Origin: Gemmatimonadota bacterium
GTDB lineage: Bacteria; Gemmatimonadota; Gemmatimonadetes; Gemmatimonadales; GWC2-71-9
NCBI GenBank assembly: GCA_036679605.1
Contig: JAZDCZ010000069.1
Coordinates: 1-40,006, forward strand
DNA: 40,006 bases
Direction of reading: 5' to 3'
This document shows positions 10,138 through 19,226 of the stretch, piece by piece. A model generated the notes under the pieces. It saw only the letters and a list, made by a program, of their open reading frames with translations. It had not been told where the DNA came from and searched no databases. Every line of letters starts with the position of its first letter. Positions within the stretch are counted from its first letter, which is position 1. A program made the position numbers and the translations under genes.

Positions 10138-11280
10138 ATGGAACCCATCGTCAATCCAGCCGACTTCCCCGCCAGTCACGAGTGCGCGTACTTGAACACC
10201 GCTTCCGTTGCGCTGATGTACAAAGGAGCCGAGACCGCAACGATCGAATGGCTGAGGGATCTGGCCGATAATGGAACTCTCAATTTCGATGAGAATGCCG
10301 AAGAGCATGTATTTGCGCAGCTGCACGCCGCTGTAGCACGTCTCGTCAACGCTCGGCCGGAAGACATAGCGATCGGTTCTAGCGCAACGGAGCTGCTTGC
10401 CTCCGTTGCATGGGCTGTAGCACCCGGGGCCAATACAACTGTGGTGAGTACGGACGTGGTATTCCCAACGACCATCTACCCGTGGGTTCGCGTCGCGCAA
10501 CACACGAAGGCTCAGATCAGACTGGCCGAAGGAACCAACAACTACGTGCAGCCTGATGATCTGATCCGGCTCATCGACGATCGCACTGCTGTCGTTTGCA
10601 TTTCCGACGTGGAGTACAGCAGCGGGCAGCGGTACAACGTGAAGCAGCTCGCGAATGTCACTCACGAGCACGGTGCGCTGCTCGTAGTCGACGCGACACA
10701 ATCGCTCGGTGCGGTCCCGATTGACGTCACGGCTTCCGGCGTGGATGTCTTGGTCGCATCGGGATACAAATGGCTCTGTGGCCCATTCGGAGTAGCGGTC
10801 ATGTATCTCGCGCCGGACTTGCAGAACACGCTCGATCCTGGTGTGGTGGGGTTCCGCAGTCACCGAGACATGTGGGATCTGCAGGCAAACCGCCTCGATC
10901 TACCGGCGACGGCGAGGCGCTTCGAGGTCAGTACTATGGCCTATGGCTGTGCCATCGGTCTCGCACGATCGATCGAGTACCTGCTACGGATTGGCGTCGA
11001 CCGCATCTGGGAACACAACCTGCGGCTTACCGGTCTCCTGATCGAAGGGCTTGAGAAGCGCGGCGTCGAGATCGTTTCACCCCAAGGCGAGGAAGAGCGC
11101 ACGTCCATCGTGGCTGCCCGGTTCTCCGGCCAAGCCGCAACGGAAGTCGCGCAGCATCTGAACTCGAGGCGCGTCGTAGTTTCGGAGAGGCAGGGACTGC
11201 TCCGGTTCTCGCCTCATCTGTACAACGAGCCGTCGGACATCGAGCGGGCAATGGAGGAAATAGATCGAGTGCGAAGTTAG
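10138..11280 (+). CDS. Class V PLP-dependent aminotransferase / cysteine desulfurase-like protein
   Basis: YLNTAS, VVDATQSLG, SGYKWLCGP (PLP lysine) and RFSPHLYN motifs. Confidence 0.93.
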   Translation: MEPIVNPADFPASHECAYLNTASVALMYKGAETATIEWLRDLADNGTLNFDENAEEHVFAQLHAAVARLVNARPEDIAIGSSATELLASVAWAVAPGANTTVVSTDVVFPTTIYPWVRVAQHTKAQIRLAEGTNNYVQPDDLIRLIDDRTAVVCISDVEYSSGQRYNVKQLANVTHEHGALLVVDATQSLGAVPIDVTASGVDVLVASGYKWLCGPFGVAVMYLAPDLQNTLDPGVVGFRSHRDMWDLQANRLDLPATARRFEVSTMAYGCAIGLARSIEYLLRIGVDRIWEHNLRLTGLLIEGLEKRGVEIVSPQGEEERTSIVAARFSGQAATEVAQHLNSRRVVVSERQGLLRFSPHLYNEPSDIERAMEEIDRVRS

Positions 11281-11391
11281 TCGTTGCTCTGGACCCATGG
11301 GCGTGTGGACTTGACGTCATGGATCCGGTGACCAGCTTAGGTGTACTGGCTACTACGACCATAAACGCAACACAACCGAGAGGCCGTCACA

Positions 11392-12009
11392 ATGTATTCG
11401 CTCATACCCATACGACGATGTTTCCTTCCCACCGTCGCTGTCGTGATCGCCTTTGGTTGTAGCCACGGTACTCGTGTGACCAGGCTCGATCCGGACGAGA
11501 CAGTCGACCTTTCAGGATATTGGAACGACACAGACTCCCGCCTGGTGGCCAACGAGATGATCGACGACGCGTTGAGCTACCCATGGGTGCGCCGGTTCCA
11601 GCAGGCGAACAACGGCGAGCTGCCGGCCGTGATCCTGGGGTCGGTTAGGAACCGCACCTCGGAACACATTGCTGTCAACGCGTTTCTTCGGGACATCGAG
11701 ACAGCGTTGCTGCGTACAGGAACCGCCCGAGTAGTGGCCGACCGCGACCAGCGCGGACAGGTGCGGGAGGAGCGAGAAGACCAGCAGCAACACGCCTCGG
11801 CAGAGTCGCGCGCGCGCATGCGAAACGAGTTGGGGGCGGACTTCATTCTTGTGGGTGAGATAACGTCTATCGAAGACGTTGAGGGCGGTCGTGAACTCAT
11901 CTACTATCAGATCGACTTGAACCTCACCGACCTCGAATCAAATGAGCGGGTCTGGATCAACCAGAAACGAATCAAGAAGTTCATCGAGCGCAGCCGCACG
12001 CGCCGATAA
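11392..12009 (+). CDS. lpoB: LpoB-like lipoprotein (penicillin-binding protein activator family)
   Basis: Lipobox IAFGC; DLSGYWNDTD, RNRTSEHI, ELGADF and YYQIDL..W motifs. Confidence 0.82.
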   Translation: MYSLIPIRRCFLPTVAVVIAFGCSHGTRVTRLDPDETVDLSGYWNDTDSRLVANEMIDDALSYPWVRRFQQANNGELPAVILGSVRNRTSEHIAVNAFLRDIETALLRTGTARVVADRDQRGQVREEREDQQQHASAESRARMRNELGADFILVGEITSIEDVEGGRELIYYQIDLNLTDLESNERVWINQKRIKKFIERSRTRR

Positions 12010-12037
12010 TGATCGAGCGTGGTGGGTCGCGCCCGCA

Positions 12038-13684
12038 ATGACTTGCCGAGTCGTTGCGGAGCGCGTGGCGTGTTGTGCCCTCGTGTTGGCCGTGTTTGCG
12101 TGCGCCGGGAATAGAGAACCACCTCCGCCCGTCCCGATTGGCTCCCCGTTCTACGGCAACAGTTCCTTGCCACGTTACGATGCGGCACTCAGGCATTACC
12201 TGACGCTGCGCGATTCGACCGCGCTGCCGCTGCTCATCAAGAGCGGTCCCCGGGACAAACTCATCAGGAAGCTCAATGAAGGTCTCTTCCTTCACCGGCT
12301 GGGCCGTTACCGCGAGAGTAATAAGGCCTTGCAAGATGCCGAGCGGTTGGCTCGTAAGCGCTATACCAAGAGCATCCGCCAGAATATTGCTGCATTTCTC
12401 ATCAACGATAAGGTGTTGGACTACTATCCGTCCGCGCAGGAGTGGTCGATGATCCACTACTACGGGATGATGAACTACCTGGCAATGGACGACGTCGAGA
12501 ACGCGCTCGTCGAGGCTCGTAAGGCGAATGAGTTTGTCAGGCGCTATGCCAACGACAATCCAGGTCGCAGTTTCACCAATCCGGCGGCTGTCCAATACAT
12601 CGCGGGCATGTTGCAGTGGAGTGCCGGCGAGGACAACGATGCGGTCGTATCGTTGCGGCAGTCGCTCTCAGGCTTTGAGGAATACGAGGAGAGCTACGGA
12701 GTCGCGCCACCGCTGCCCGTAGTGGAGGATGTTGTAAAGGTCGCGACCGAACTCGGTTTCGATGACGTAGCTCAAACGACTCGCGAGACCTATTTGGATG
12801 ACCGCTCGGATGATGATAGAGCAGGCGATACAACCGCGGTTTATTCCGGCGAACTGCTCGTAATTATAGAGAACGGGTTCGTGTCGCATAGGGCGGAGCA
12901 GAAACTCTACATTCCAATTCTCGCGTCCGAAAAAGACGCGGTTGTTTCGGGCGACGTGGGTTCGGCGATTATCGCAGCCGCAAAGGTGCTCGTTAGAACG
13001 CTCGTAGTGATGAACGAGCTTTCGCGGGAGGGAGTCGATTACCCGAGCCACGAAGATGGTGTCTTGATCGCGACCGCAGGCTCGGCAGTAGGGCTTGACC
13101 TGATCTCGCTTGCATGGCCGTCCTACAAGCTGGACGCGAAGCGTGCCGGTAACATCCGGGTGTCGGTCGACCGGCGGGTTGTCCGGCCTGTATTGTTGCA
13201 GGACCTTTCCGCGATCGAGGTGCGCGACTTCGAGGAAGAAAAGCCAACCATATTGTTGCGGATGGTTGCGCGAGGGCTACTCAAGGAAATCGCGGTGGCC
13301 GAAGCTGAGGCCGCGGGCAAGGAGGCGGCCGGTGACGTAGGGGAATTCCTCGGACGTGTTGCCACCCGCGGTCTGGCTGCGGCCACCGAACGGGCAGACA
13401 CACGAACATGGTCTACGTTACCCGCCGAGCTGCTGCTCGCGCGCTTCCAACTAGCCGCAGGTCTTCACACCGTGCGTATCGGTTACGACGGCTGGAACGG
13501 CAGACGGGAAGAACTGGAATTGGATGTCAAGATCGAAGCAGGTCGAGCGACGACGCAGACCGTGGCGCTGGTGGGTGGCGACGATGGGAACGAGCATCGG
13601 CTGCGTCGAGCTCGGCGCGGTGTGCGTTATCGAGAGCCCAAGGTGCCGAAGGTCAAGCCGCGGAAGCGACGGCGTAAGCGGTAG
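12038..13684 (+). CDS. COG3014-like TPR lipoprotein, a usual neighbour of LpoB-like genes
   Basis: Lipobox VFAC; Y.ESNK, NYL...ALVEARK and ERADTRTWSTLP motifs. Confidence 0.8.
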   Translation: MTCRVVAERVACCALVLAVFACAGNREPPPPVPIGSPFYGNSSLPRYDAALRHYLTLRDSTALPLLIKSGPRDKLIRKLNEGLFLHRLGRYRESNKALQDAERLARKRYTKSIRQNIAAFLINDKVLDYYPSAQEWSMIHYYGMMNYLAMDDVENALVEARKANEFVRRYANDNPGRSFTNPAAVQYIAGMLQWSAGEDNDAVVSLRQSLSGFEEYEESYGVAPPLPVVEDVVKVATELGFDDVAQTTRETYLDDRSDDDRAGDTTAVYSGELLVIIENGFVSHRAEQKLYIPILASEKDAVVSGDVGSAIIAAAKVLVRTLVVMNELSREGVDYPSHEDGVLIATAGSAVGLDLISLAWPSYKLDAKRAGNIRVSVDRRVVRPVLLQDLSAIEVRDFEEEKPTILLRMVARGLLKEIAVAEAEAAGKEAAGDVGEFLGRVATRGLAAATERADTRTWSTLPAELLLARFQLAAGLHTVRIGYDGWNGRREELELDVKIEAGRATTQTVALVGGDDGNEHRLRRARRGVRYREPKVPKVKPRKRRRKR

Positions 13685-13765
13685 CAACCAAGAGCGTAAC
13701 TACATCTTGCGTGCCATGTTATCCAGGTGCATGTTTGCCCATCTCAGTCATATCGTCTTGGAGCC

Positions 13766-16708
13766 ATGGCCGATACAGCAGATGATGTAACTCGTTGTCC
13801 TTCGTGCGGTGGACATCTTGATCCCGACGACCACTTCTGTTCCAAGTGTGGCGCTTCATTGCCCAGCATGCCGACCGTGGCGGCTGCAGAATTGGAACCT
13901 GATGGCGCCGAACACACCGATCCCGAACTCGAGAAATCGCTTCGTGCTGCTTTGAGCCCCAACTATCTGCTCATTCGCCAAATCGGCGTGGGTGGGATGG
14001 GGTCCGTGTTTCTGGCTAGGGAGCCTGCGCTAAAGCGACTCGTGGCGGTGAAGGTGTTAGCCGGTGAGTTGGCCGCTGACCAGAGTGCGCGGGCACGGTT
14101 TCAGCGAGAGGCGGAGGCAGTAGCCGGTATCTCGCACCCCAACGTCGTGTCGATCTATGGGCTCGGTGAGCTGGAGGACGGCACGCCGTACTTCGTCATG
14201 CAGTACGTCTCCGGTAGGAGTATGGCGGCGCGGCTGGGTGAGGAGGGCGAGCTTGGAGTCGAAGAGGTCAAGCACATACTTGGAGAGGTGGCATCGGCGC
14301 TTGCTGCCGCACACAAGCGCGGCGTGATCCATCGCGACATCAAACCCGCCAATATTCTCTACGACGAGGAGTCGGGCCGAGTCCTGGTTTCCGATTTCGG
14401 TATAGCCGCGGTCCGGCCGGGGGGAGACTCCGAGGACAAGACGCAACTCACACGGACCGGCATGGCTATTGGTACCCCCAAGTACATGAGCCCCGAGCAG
14501 CTGTTGGCGGAGAAGGTAACCGACCGCACCGACGTGTATGCGGTCGGACTCACCGGCTACGAACTGCTGACCGGGCGGGGACCATTTGACATCAAGTCGC
14601 CGCAAGAGATCATGGCCGCACATCTTCGCGACGAGCCGGTCAAACTCTCCCGACTGCGGAGCGACATCGATCCTGAGTTCGAGAGCTTGCTTGCGGCGTG
14701 TCTGAGTAAGAAGGCTACGGAACGTCCCGCGGCGGCTGAAGTTGCCAAGCGTCTCTTGCCCGGTGCCGGAGCCCTTCTCGAGTGGCCACCACCAGGGCTC
14801 GAGGCCTTGCGGGGAAAGGGAGTCACGCTCGCACTTTTATGGCTACTAGCAAGTTCGTTGTTTGCGGTATCAGCCCTCGTGCTCGTCGGCATCGGTCCAT
14901 CACTGTCCTCGGCGGTCACGTCCTTCGCTGCTCTGTTACCGTTGATCTTCGGGACCGTAGGCGTTGTCGCGCTTGCAGTTGCGGTATCCTCTACGTGGAG
15001 ACTCTCACGACGAGTTGGCCGGGCGTTCGATCTGGGGTTCGGCTCACTTACTATCGCCGAGGTCTTGGCGGACCGTCGCGGGGACATGGGAGCGGTAATA
15101 ACCGGGATGCGCGAGTATGCCCCGCTCGCGCCCGCAACGAGATCCCGTCTCCGAACGGAACGCGTAGTCGCAGCGGCTCTGCTCTTGTTTTCCGGCATCC
15201 TACCTGTTCCGGCATTGATCCTATTCATCTGGCTAGGATCGAAGGGCTTGATTGGTGGCGCGGCGGCACCGTTCATGGTAATGGGGCCATCGGTTCTGGT
15301 ATTTGTTGCATCCGTATGGTTGAGAACCCGTGAGCAGCGAGGGCTGGGCAGGACGCGGGCGCTGCTGCAGCAACGGCATGTGCCGTCGGAAAAATTGGCG
15401 CGACTCGTCGATCCTTGGTATGAGACGTTCGAGTCGGCGAGACGCGATCAAGTGCTTGGTAGGGGCCCGGGCGGTTATGCGAGGACGAGCTGGCTTGTCG
15501 GAGGCGCTATAGGGGCGGCAGTGCTTTTCAGCATCGTCTTGGCGGTACCGCTTGGTGTCGTCGGAGTTGTCCATTCCACCATCTGGCAAAACTCCCCTCC
15601 GCGGTTCAGCCGCACGCAAGAAAAGGCTCGAATTGCATGGGCGTTCAAGAGCTACGGCGTCGCGGTTGACTCCTCTATAACGCCGTTGAAAGCAGGACGC
15701 GCATTCTATTCACTTATACCAGGCGACATCTCGGAAAGGCGTCTGTTTCCCCAACATCCGCCTCCAAGAAAAATCGAGACGGTGACGGACGCGTTGCCCG
15801 AAAACCCGTGGGGTGCACCCAGCTTAGGTGTGGTCACTACCGGGGACACTTCCTTGATATTCAAGGCGATTCAGGGGTTTACAGCCGACGAAACGCTTTA
15901 TCTGGAGCGTTTGGCCTCCCTCCCCGGCTGGGAAGAGTTCGATGTAGTCGCACACGCCGCGGCCATGGACTACCTGAGTGCGCGCTACGTGCTGCCGTTC
16001 CCCGATTCAGTGTCCTTATGGGCCATGCCGCTTCCTAGGTCTGTTGGAACGAAGGAATGGGCGTACGCGAATTCGGCACGGGCGGCACTTTGGATGTCAC
16101 AGGGGAAGCTTCGTGAGGCCGAGGAGGCGTTTGGCGAAACGATTTCGGTTGGTCTTCTCCTCATGGAAGAGCATTTCCTAATCACAAGTCTGGTCGGCGC
16201 GGTTATCACCGGCATTGGGCGACATGGGCTGGAGGAATTTTACACTGCGACCGGTCGTGAACGAGAGGCGAGCGTGTTACGGGCCAAATACGATTCCGTG
16301 ATTGGCCTGAATGAGGAACTGAGCGTTGCCAGTGCTAGTCAACCGACCTCGTTCGACGTCGCGTATGTACGGAATTCGATAACGCGCGTTGTGCAGGACA
16401 GTACGATGACTCGTGGGCTGAGGTGGGAGCTGCTCAGGTGGCTTCCCTTCGCGCCATGCACCAACGTTAGGGAACTCATTTTTGGGCCGGATCGAGAGTT
16501 ACAGGTGGTATTTTCAAGTGCGCGCGAACAACTGGCTCGGTTTCCCAGCGAAGAACAGTACTACGACTTCATCACTGCAGAACTCGAGCGTTCTATTCAA
16601 ACGACGCTGCCCGTTACCAAGCGGGCAGTCTTCCGGGCGGCGGACATCACGGGCAAGCTCCTGGGAAACAAGCGGCTGGGCGGTTGCGTCCAGGTGCTCT
16701 TGCGATAG
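13766..16708 (+). CDS. Hanks-type Ser/Thr kinase with N-terminal zinc ribbon, about 5 TM helices and a large C-terminal domain
   Basis: CPSC..CSKC; GVGGMG, VAVK, HRDIKPANI, DFG and GTPKYMSPE motifs; GGAG before ATG 13766. Confidence 0.93.
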   Translation: MADTADDVTRCPSCGGHLDPDDHFCSKCGASLPSMPTVAAAELEPDGAEHTDPELEKSLRAALSPNYLLIRQIGVGGMGSVFLAREPALKRLVAVKVLAGELAADQSARARFQREAEAVAGISHPNVVSIYGLGELEDGTPYFVMQYVSGRSMAARLGEEGELGVEEVKHILGEVASALAAAHKRGVIHRDIKPANILYDEESGRVLVSDFGIAAVRPGGDSEDKTQLTRTGMAIGTPKYMSPEQLLAEKVTDRTDVYAVGLTGYELLTGRGPFDIKSPQEIMAAHLRDEPVKLSRLRSDIDPEFESLLAACLSKKATERPAAAEVAKRLLPGAGALLEWPPPGLEALRGKGVTLALLWLLASSLFAVSALVLVGIGPSLSSAVTSFAALLPLIFGTVGVVALAVAVSSTWRLSRRVGRAFDLGFGSLTIAEVLADRRGDMGAVITGMREYAPLAPATRSRLRTERVVAAALLLFSGILPVPALILFIWLGSKGLIGGAAAPFMVMGPSVLVFVASVWLRTREQRGLGRTRALLQQRHVPSEKLARLVDPWYETFESARRDQVLGRGPGGYARTSWLVGGAIGAAVLFSIVLAVPLGVVGVVHSTIWQNSPPRFSRTQEKARIAWAFKSYGVAVDSSITPLKAGRAFYSLIPGDISERRLFPQHPPPRKIETVTDALPENPWGAPSLGVVTTGDTSLIFKAIQGFTADETLYLERLASLPGWEEFDVVAHAAAMDYLSARYVLPFPDSVSLWAMPLPRSVGTKEWAYANSARAALWMSQGKLREAEEAFGETISVGLLLMEEHFLITSLVGAVITGIGRHGLEEFYTATGREREASVLRAKYDSVIGLNEELSVASASQPTSFDVAYVRNSITRVVQDSTMTRGLRWELLRWLPFAPCTNVRELIFGPDRELQVVFSSAREQLARFPSEEQYYDFITAELERSIQTTLPVTKRAVFRAADITGKLLGNKRLGGCVQVLLR

Positions 16709-16711
16709 TGA

Positions 16712-16746
16712 CCTTCTAGCCAGGGCCGCTCCAACTAGCTAGCATT
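16712..16746 (+). repeat. 35-bp direct repeat, copy 1 (copy 2 at 17277-17311)
   Basis: CCTTCTAGCC-AGGG-CCGCTCCAACTAGCTAGCATT; 32/35 identical to copy 2. Confidence 0.9.
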
Positions 16747-16748
16747 CT

Positions 16749-16856
16749 CTGCCACGGACCTTAGACCAGGATGCGGATTCCCTGGGATGGGTCTATGCCG
16801 TAGAGGCCCCACTGGGCATGGGAGTGATCCGCGATCGAGAACATCATCCGCAGCAG
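16749..16856 (+). mobile_element. 108-bp MITE-like element, empty copy A
   Basis: Ends CTGCCACGGA...TCCGCAGCAG form an imperfect inverted repeat; same length as and colinear with 20619-20726. Confidence 0.75.
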
Positions 16857-16885
16857 CGACCCTTTCCCGGATGTGCGGTCGAAGG

Positions 16886-16953
16886 AAAGCCGGAGAACTT
16901 TCGTCCCCCGGCCTTCTGACGCAGCAAATCGGCTACGCTAAATCACATCCCGT
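16886..16953 (-). terminator. Two-hairpin repeat ending in a GAAA-loop terminator-like stem, downstream of the unusual tRNA
   Basis: Minus strand GGCCGGGGGAC-GAAA-GTTCTCCGGCT-TTCCTT; homologous to 24961-25027. Confidence 0.65.
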
Positions 16954-16998
16954 ACTTGCAACCTAAGGGCAGCTCTTGCGGGAGTCAATGCGCGGCTG

Positions 16999-17082
16999 TG
17001 CTGGCGGTCGGAGTCGAACCGACAAGGACTTTCGTCCGACGGGATGTGATTCCGTTGCGTTTACCAATTTCGCCACGCCAGC
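16999..17082 (-). tRNA. Class II tRNA with a tRNA-Leu-type body and CAC (Val) anticodon; functional status uncertain
   Basis: GCTGGCG/CGCCAGC acceptor stem, A73, D arm GCGAAATTGGTAAACGC, anticodon arm ACGGA-ATCACAT-CCCGT (A31.C39 mismatch), variable arm GGAC-GAAA-GTCC, T arm GTCGG-TTCGACT-CCGAC. CCA is not encoded. Confidence 0.88.
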
Positions 17083-17276
17083 ACTCAAATCGGCGGCGAA
17101 CCGTAGTAACCAAGAAGGCTAGACGCGTGAATCTTCGCACCCTTGCCGAGCCGCGTATCTACGATAGTGAAGCGGGAAACGAGTGAATAACCAAAGTTAC
17201 GCCGAGTGGTACCAATTCTCGCGTACGCACTTGCGGCGTTGACGGGGGTCAGGCGAGAGGGACGCTGAGGACAGCC

Positions 17277-17311
17277 CCTTCTAGCCGAAGCCGCTCCAAC
17301 TAGCTAGCATT
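17277..17311 (+). repeat. 35-bp direct repeat, copy 2, overlapping the probable greA -10 box
   Basis: CCTTCTAGCC-GAAG-CCGCTCCAACTAGCTAGCATT; TAGCAT lies 7 nt before ATG 17318. Confidence 0.9.
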
Positions 17312-17317
17312 TCTAGT

Positions 17318-17800
17318 ATGCTGGATGCCATTAAGAAGAAGCTCCATGACGAGGTCCAGGCGCTCACCTACGAGCTGACTGTCACCCTGCCCGATACGCT
17401 CGAAAAGGCGATCGCAATGGGTGATCTGCGTGAGAACGCCGACTACCAGGCCGCACACGAGCGTCGTCAATTCGTGCAGGTCCGTATCAATCACCTGCGA
17501 CTGAGGCTCGAGAAGCTAGCCAATCTGGATCTCTCCAAGATCCCCAAGGACCGGGTCGGACTGGGTTCCAGAGTGAAGGTCAAAGATCTCGATTCCGGTA
17601 AGACTGAAACCTATGAGTTGGTGGTTTCAGACGGCGCCGACTTCGAGGGCGGTCAAATCTCTGTGTCGTCTCCGCTGGGGCGAGGCCTACTCGACGGCAA
17701 GAAGGGCGATAAGGTTGGCGTCAGGCTTCCGGTGGGGGCGCGGAGCCTGAAGATCGTGGGGCTCCAGACGGTGCACGACCTGATGGCTGAGGAGAACTAG
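17318..17800 (+). CDS. greA: GreA/GreB family transcription elongation factor
   Basis: GDLRENADY, VGLGSRV and ISVSSPLGRGL motifs. Confidence 0.9.
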   Translation: MLDAIKKKLHDEVQALTYELTVTLPDTLEKAIAMGDLRENADYQAAHERRQFVQVRINHLRLRLEKLANLDLSKIPKDRVGLGSRVKVKDLDSGKTETYELVVSDGADFEGGQISVSSPLGRGLLDGKKGDKVGVRLPVGARSLKIVGLQTVHDLMAEEN

Positions 17801-19080
17801 GGCACCACCGCTGCCAAGCCGGCCTCCGCCACGAGAATAGTGAGCGCATTTTGAATCGCGATGTGCCCGTCGCGGTTGAGCCACCATTCACGCAGCGAAT
17901 GCCCTGCGCCGCCCGAGCCGCCGCGGCCGATCGTGACGGCGGGAATCTGAGCCGCAATCGGGATGTTCGAATCGGTCGAACTAATTGCGAACTCGGGTTC
18001 AGCCCCGAACAGTTTCGCTGAGGCGTACGCTCGGCTGGCTAGTGGTGAATCTGGATCGGTCGCTCCCGAGGGACGGTCGCCGATCATCTCGATCGTTACA
18101 GACAGCGGGTCGCCCTGCGCCCGAACCGAGTTCTGTTCTCGGAGGCCCCGCATCATGGCGGCTTGGAAGATCGAATCGATGCCGAGCAGGCGTGCCGGGC
18201 TCTCCGACCGCATGTCCACTTCCATCCACGCCGAGAACGGGATCGAGTTGACTGAGGTCCCGCCACCGATTCTTCCGACGTTGTAACTCGTCTTGAGACC
18301 CTCGACGACGTACGCGCGTGCCGCGTCGTCGAAGATCCTGACAGCTCGGCTCATTGCGTGTGCCGGATTCCCAAGACCGAACGCCCCCCAAGAATGCCCA
18401 CCGGGTCCACTGAAAGTGACCTTGTAACGGTGCGATCCCAAACCGCCGTTTACTATCCGCCCGATATCTCCACCATCCACTCCGATCCATGAGTCGATCT
18501 GCGTACCGCCGTCACGAAACAGGTGCTTCACACCGCGCAGATCACCCAACCCTTCCTCTCCAACGGTCGCAACGAACAAGAGGTCCGCCTCCGTGCGCGC
18601 GTTCGTTTGGGCCAATGCGCGCAACACCGTTAGCACCACCATGAGCCCTCTTGTGTCATCCCCGACCCCGGGTGCGAACAGCGTATCGCCACGTTGCCTC
18701 ACGGTGACGTCGGTGCCCTCGGGGAACACCGTGTCCAGATGACCGGCGAGTACCACGGTACGGCCGTTCCCGGTGCCGCGACGGAGCGCGATCACGTTTC
18801 CGACCTGGTCGATGTACACCGAATCGGCGCCCGCGTCACGCAGCATCTTCGCGTAGCGCTGTGCACGCCGCGTTTCCATGAACGGTGGGGAGGCGATCTC
18901 GGTCAGCATGATGAGATCACGCTGAGTGCGGGGTTCCAGCCGCTCCACCGCTTCAAACGCCGCGCGCATGGCCGGCCGTGCAAGCAGTGCCTGAATCTCC
19001 TGTTCGTACTCTGGATTCTGACTGTGTACAGCAGAAACAAACATTGTGGTAAAGATGGCGCAGAGGATAGCGATGATCAT
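17797..19080 (-). CDS. M20/M25/M40 family metallopeptidase, secreted
   Basis: GHLDTVF, GVGDD, GEEG, GGHSW, STDSN and AGHS..E motifs. Confidence 0.92.
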   Translation of the reverse strand: MIIAILCAIFTTMFVSAVHSQNPEYEQEIQALLARPAMRAAFEAVERLEPRTQRDLIMLTEIASPPFMETRRAQRYAKMLRDAGADSVYIDQVGNVIALRRGTGNGRTVVLAGHLDTVFPEGTDVTVRQRGDTLFAPGVGDDTRGLMVVLTVLRALAQTNARTEADLLFVATVGEEGLGDLRGVKHLFRDGGTQIDSWIGVDGGDIGRIVNGGLGSHRYKVTFSGPGGHSWGAFGLGNPAHAMSRAVRIFDDAARAYVVEGLKTSYNVGRIGGGTSVNSIPFSAWMEVDMRSESPARLLGIDSIFQAAMMRGLREQNSVRAQGDPLSVTIEMIGDRPSGATDPDSPLASRAYASAKLFGAEPEFAISSTDSNIPIAAQIPAVTIGRGGSGGAGHSLREWWLNRDGHIAIQNALTILVAEAGLAAVVP

Positions 19081-19226
19081 TACACGACACCGTTCCGTTA
19101 ATTGATGTGGTTCAGCGAACGCGAAAGATAGTGCCCCTTACCGCACTCTAGGCAGGGGTTATCTTGATAAGTACGCCCGCCGTCCGGTTAGAGAAAGCAT
19201 TCATCGATTCAGTAGCGAGGGATCTC

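Noticed and set aside
17039..17055. Plus-strand reading ACGGG-ATGTGAT-TCCGT as a His(GTG) anticodon arm, suggesting a local inversion
   Set aside because: It pairs slightly better (G-U instead of A.C), but the D and T arms are clearly on the minus strand and a His anticodon would not fit a Leu body either.
16886..17082. tmRNA or tRNA-Sec/allo-tRNA interpretation of the odd tRNA
   Set aside because: Standard 7/5 cloverleaf, no G3.U70 alanine acceptor or tag ORF, and no UCA anticodon.
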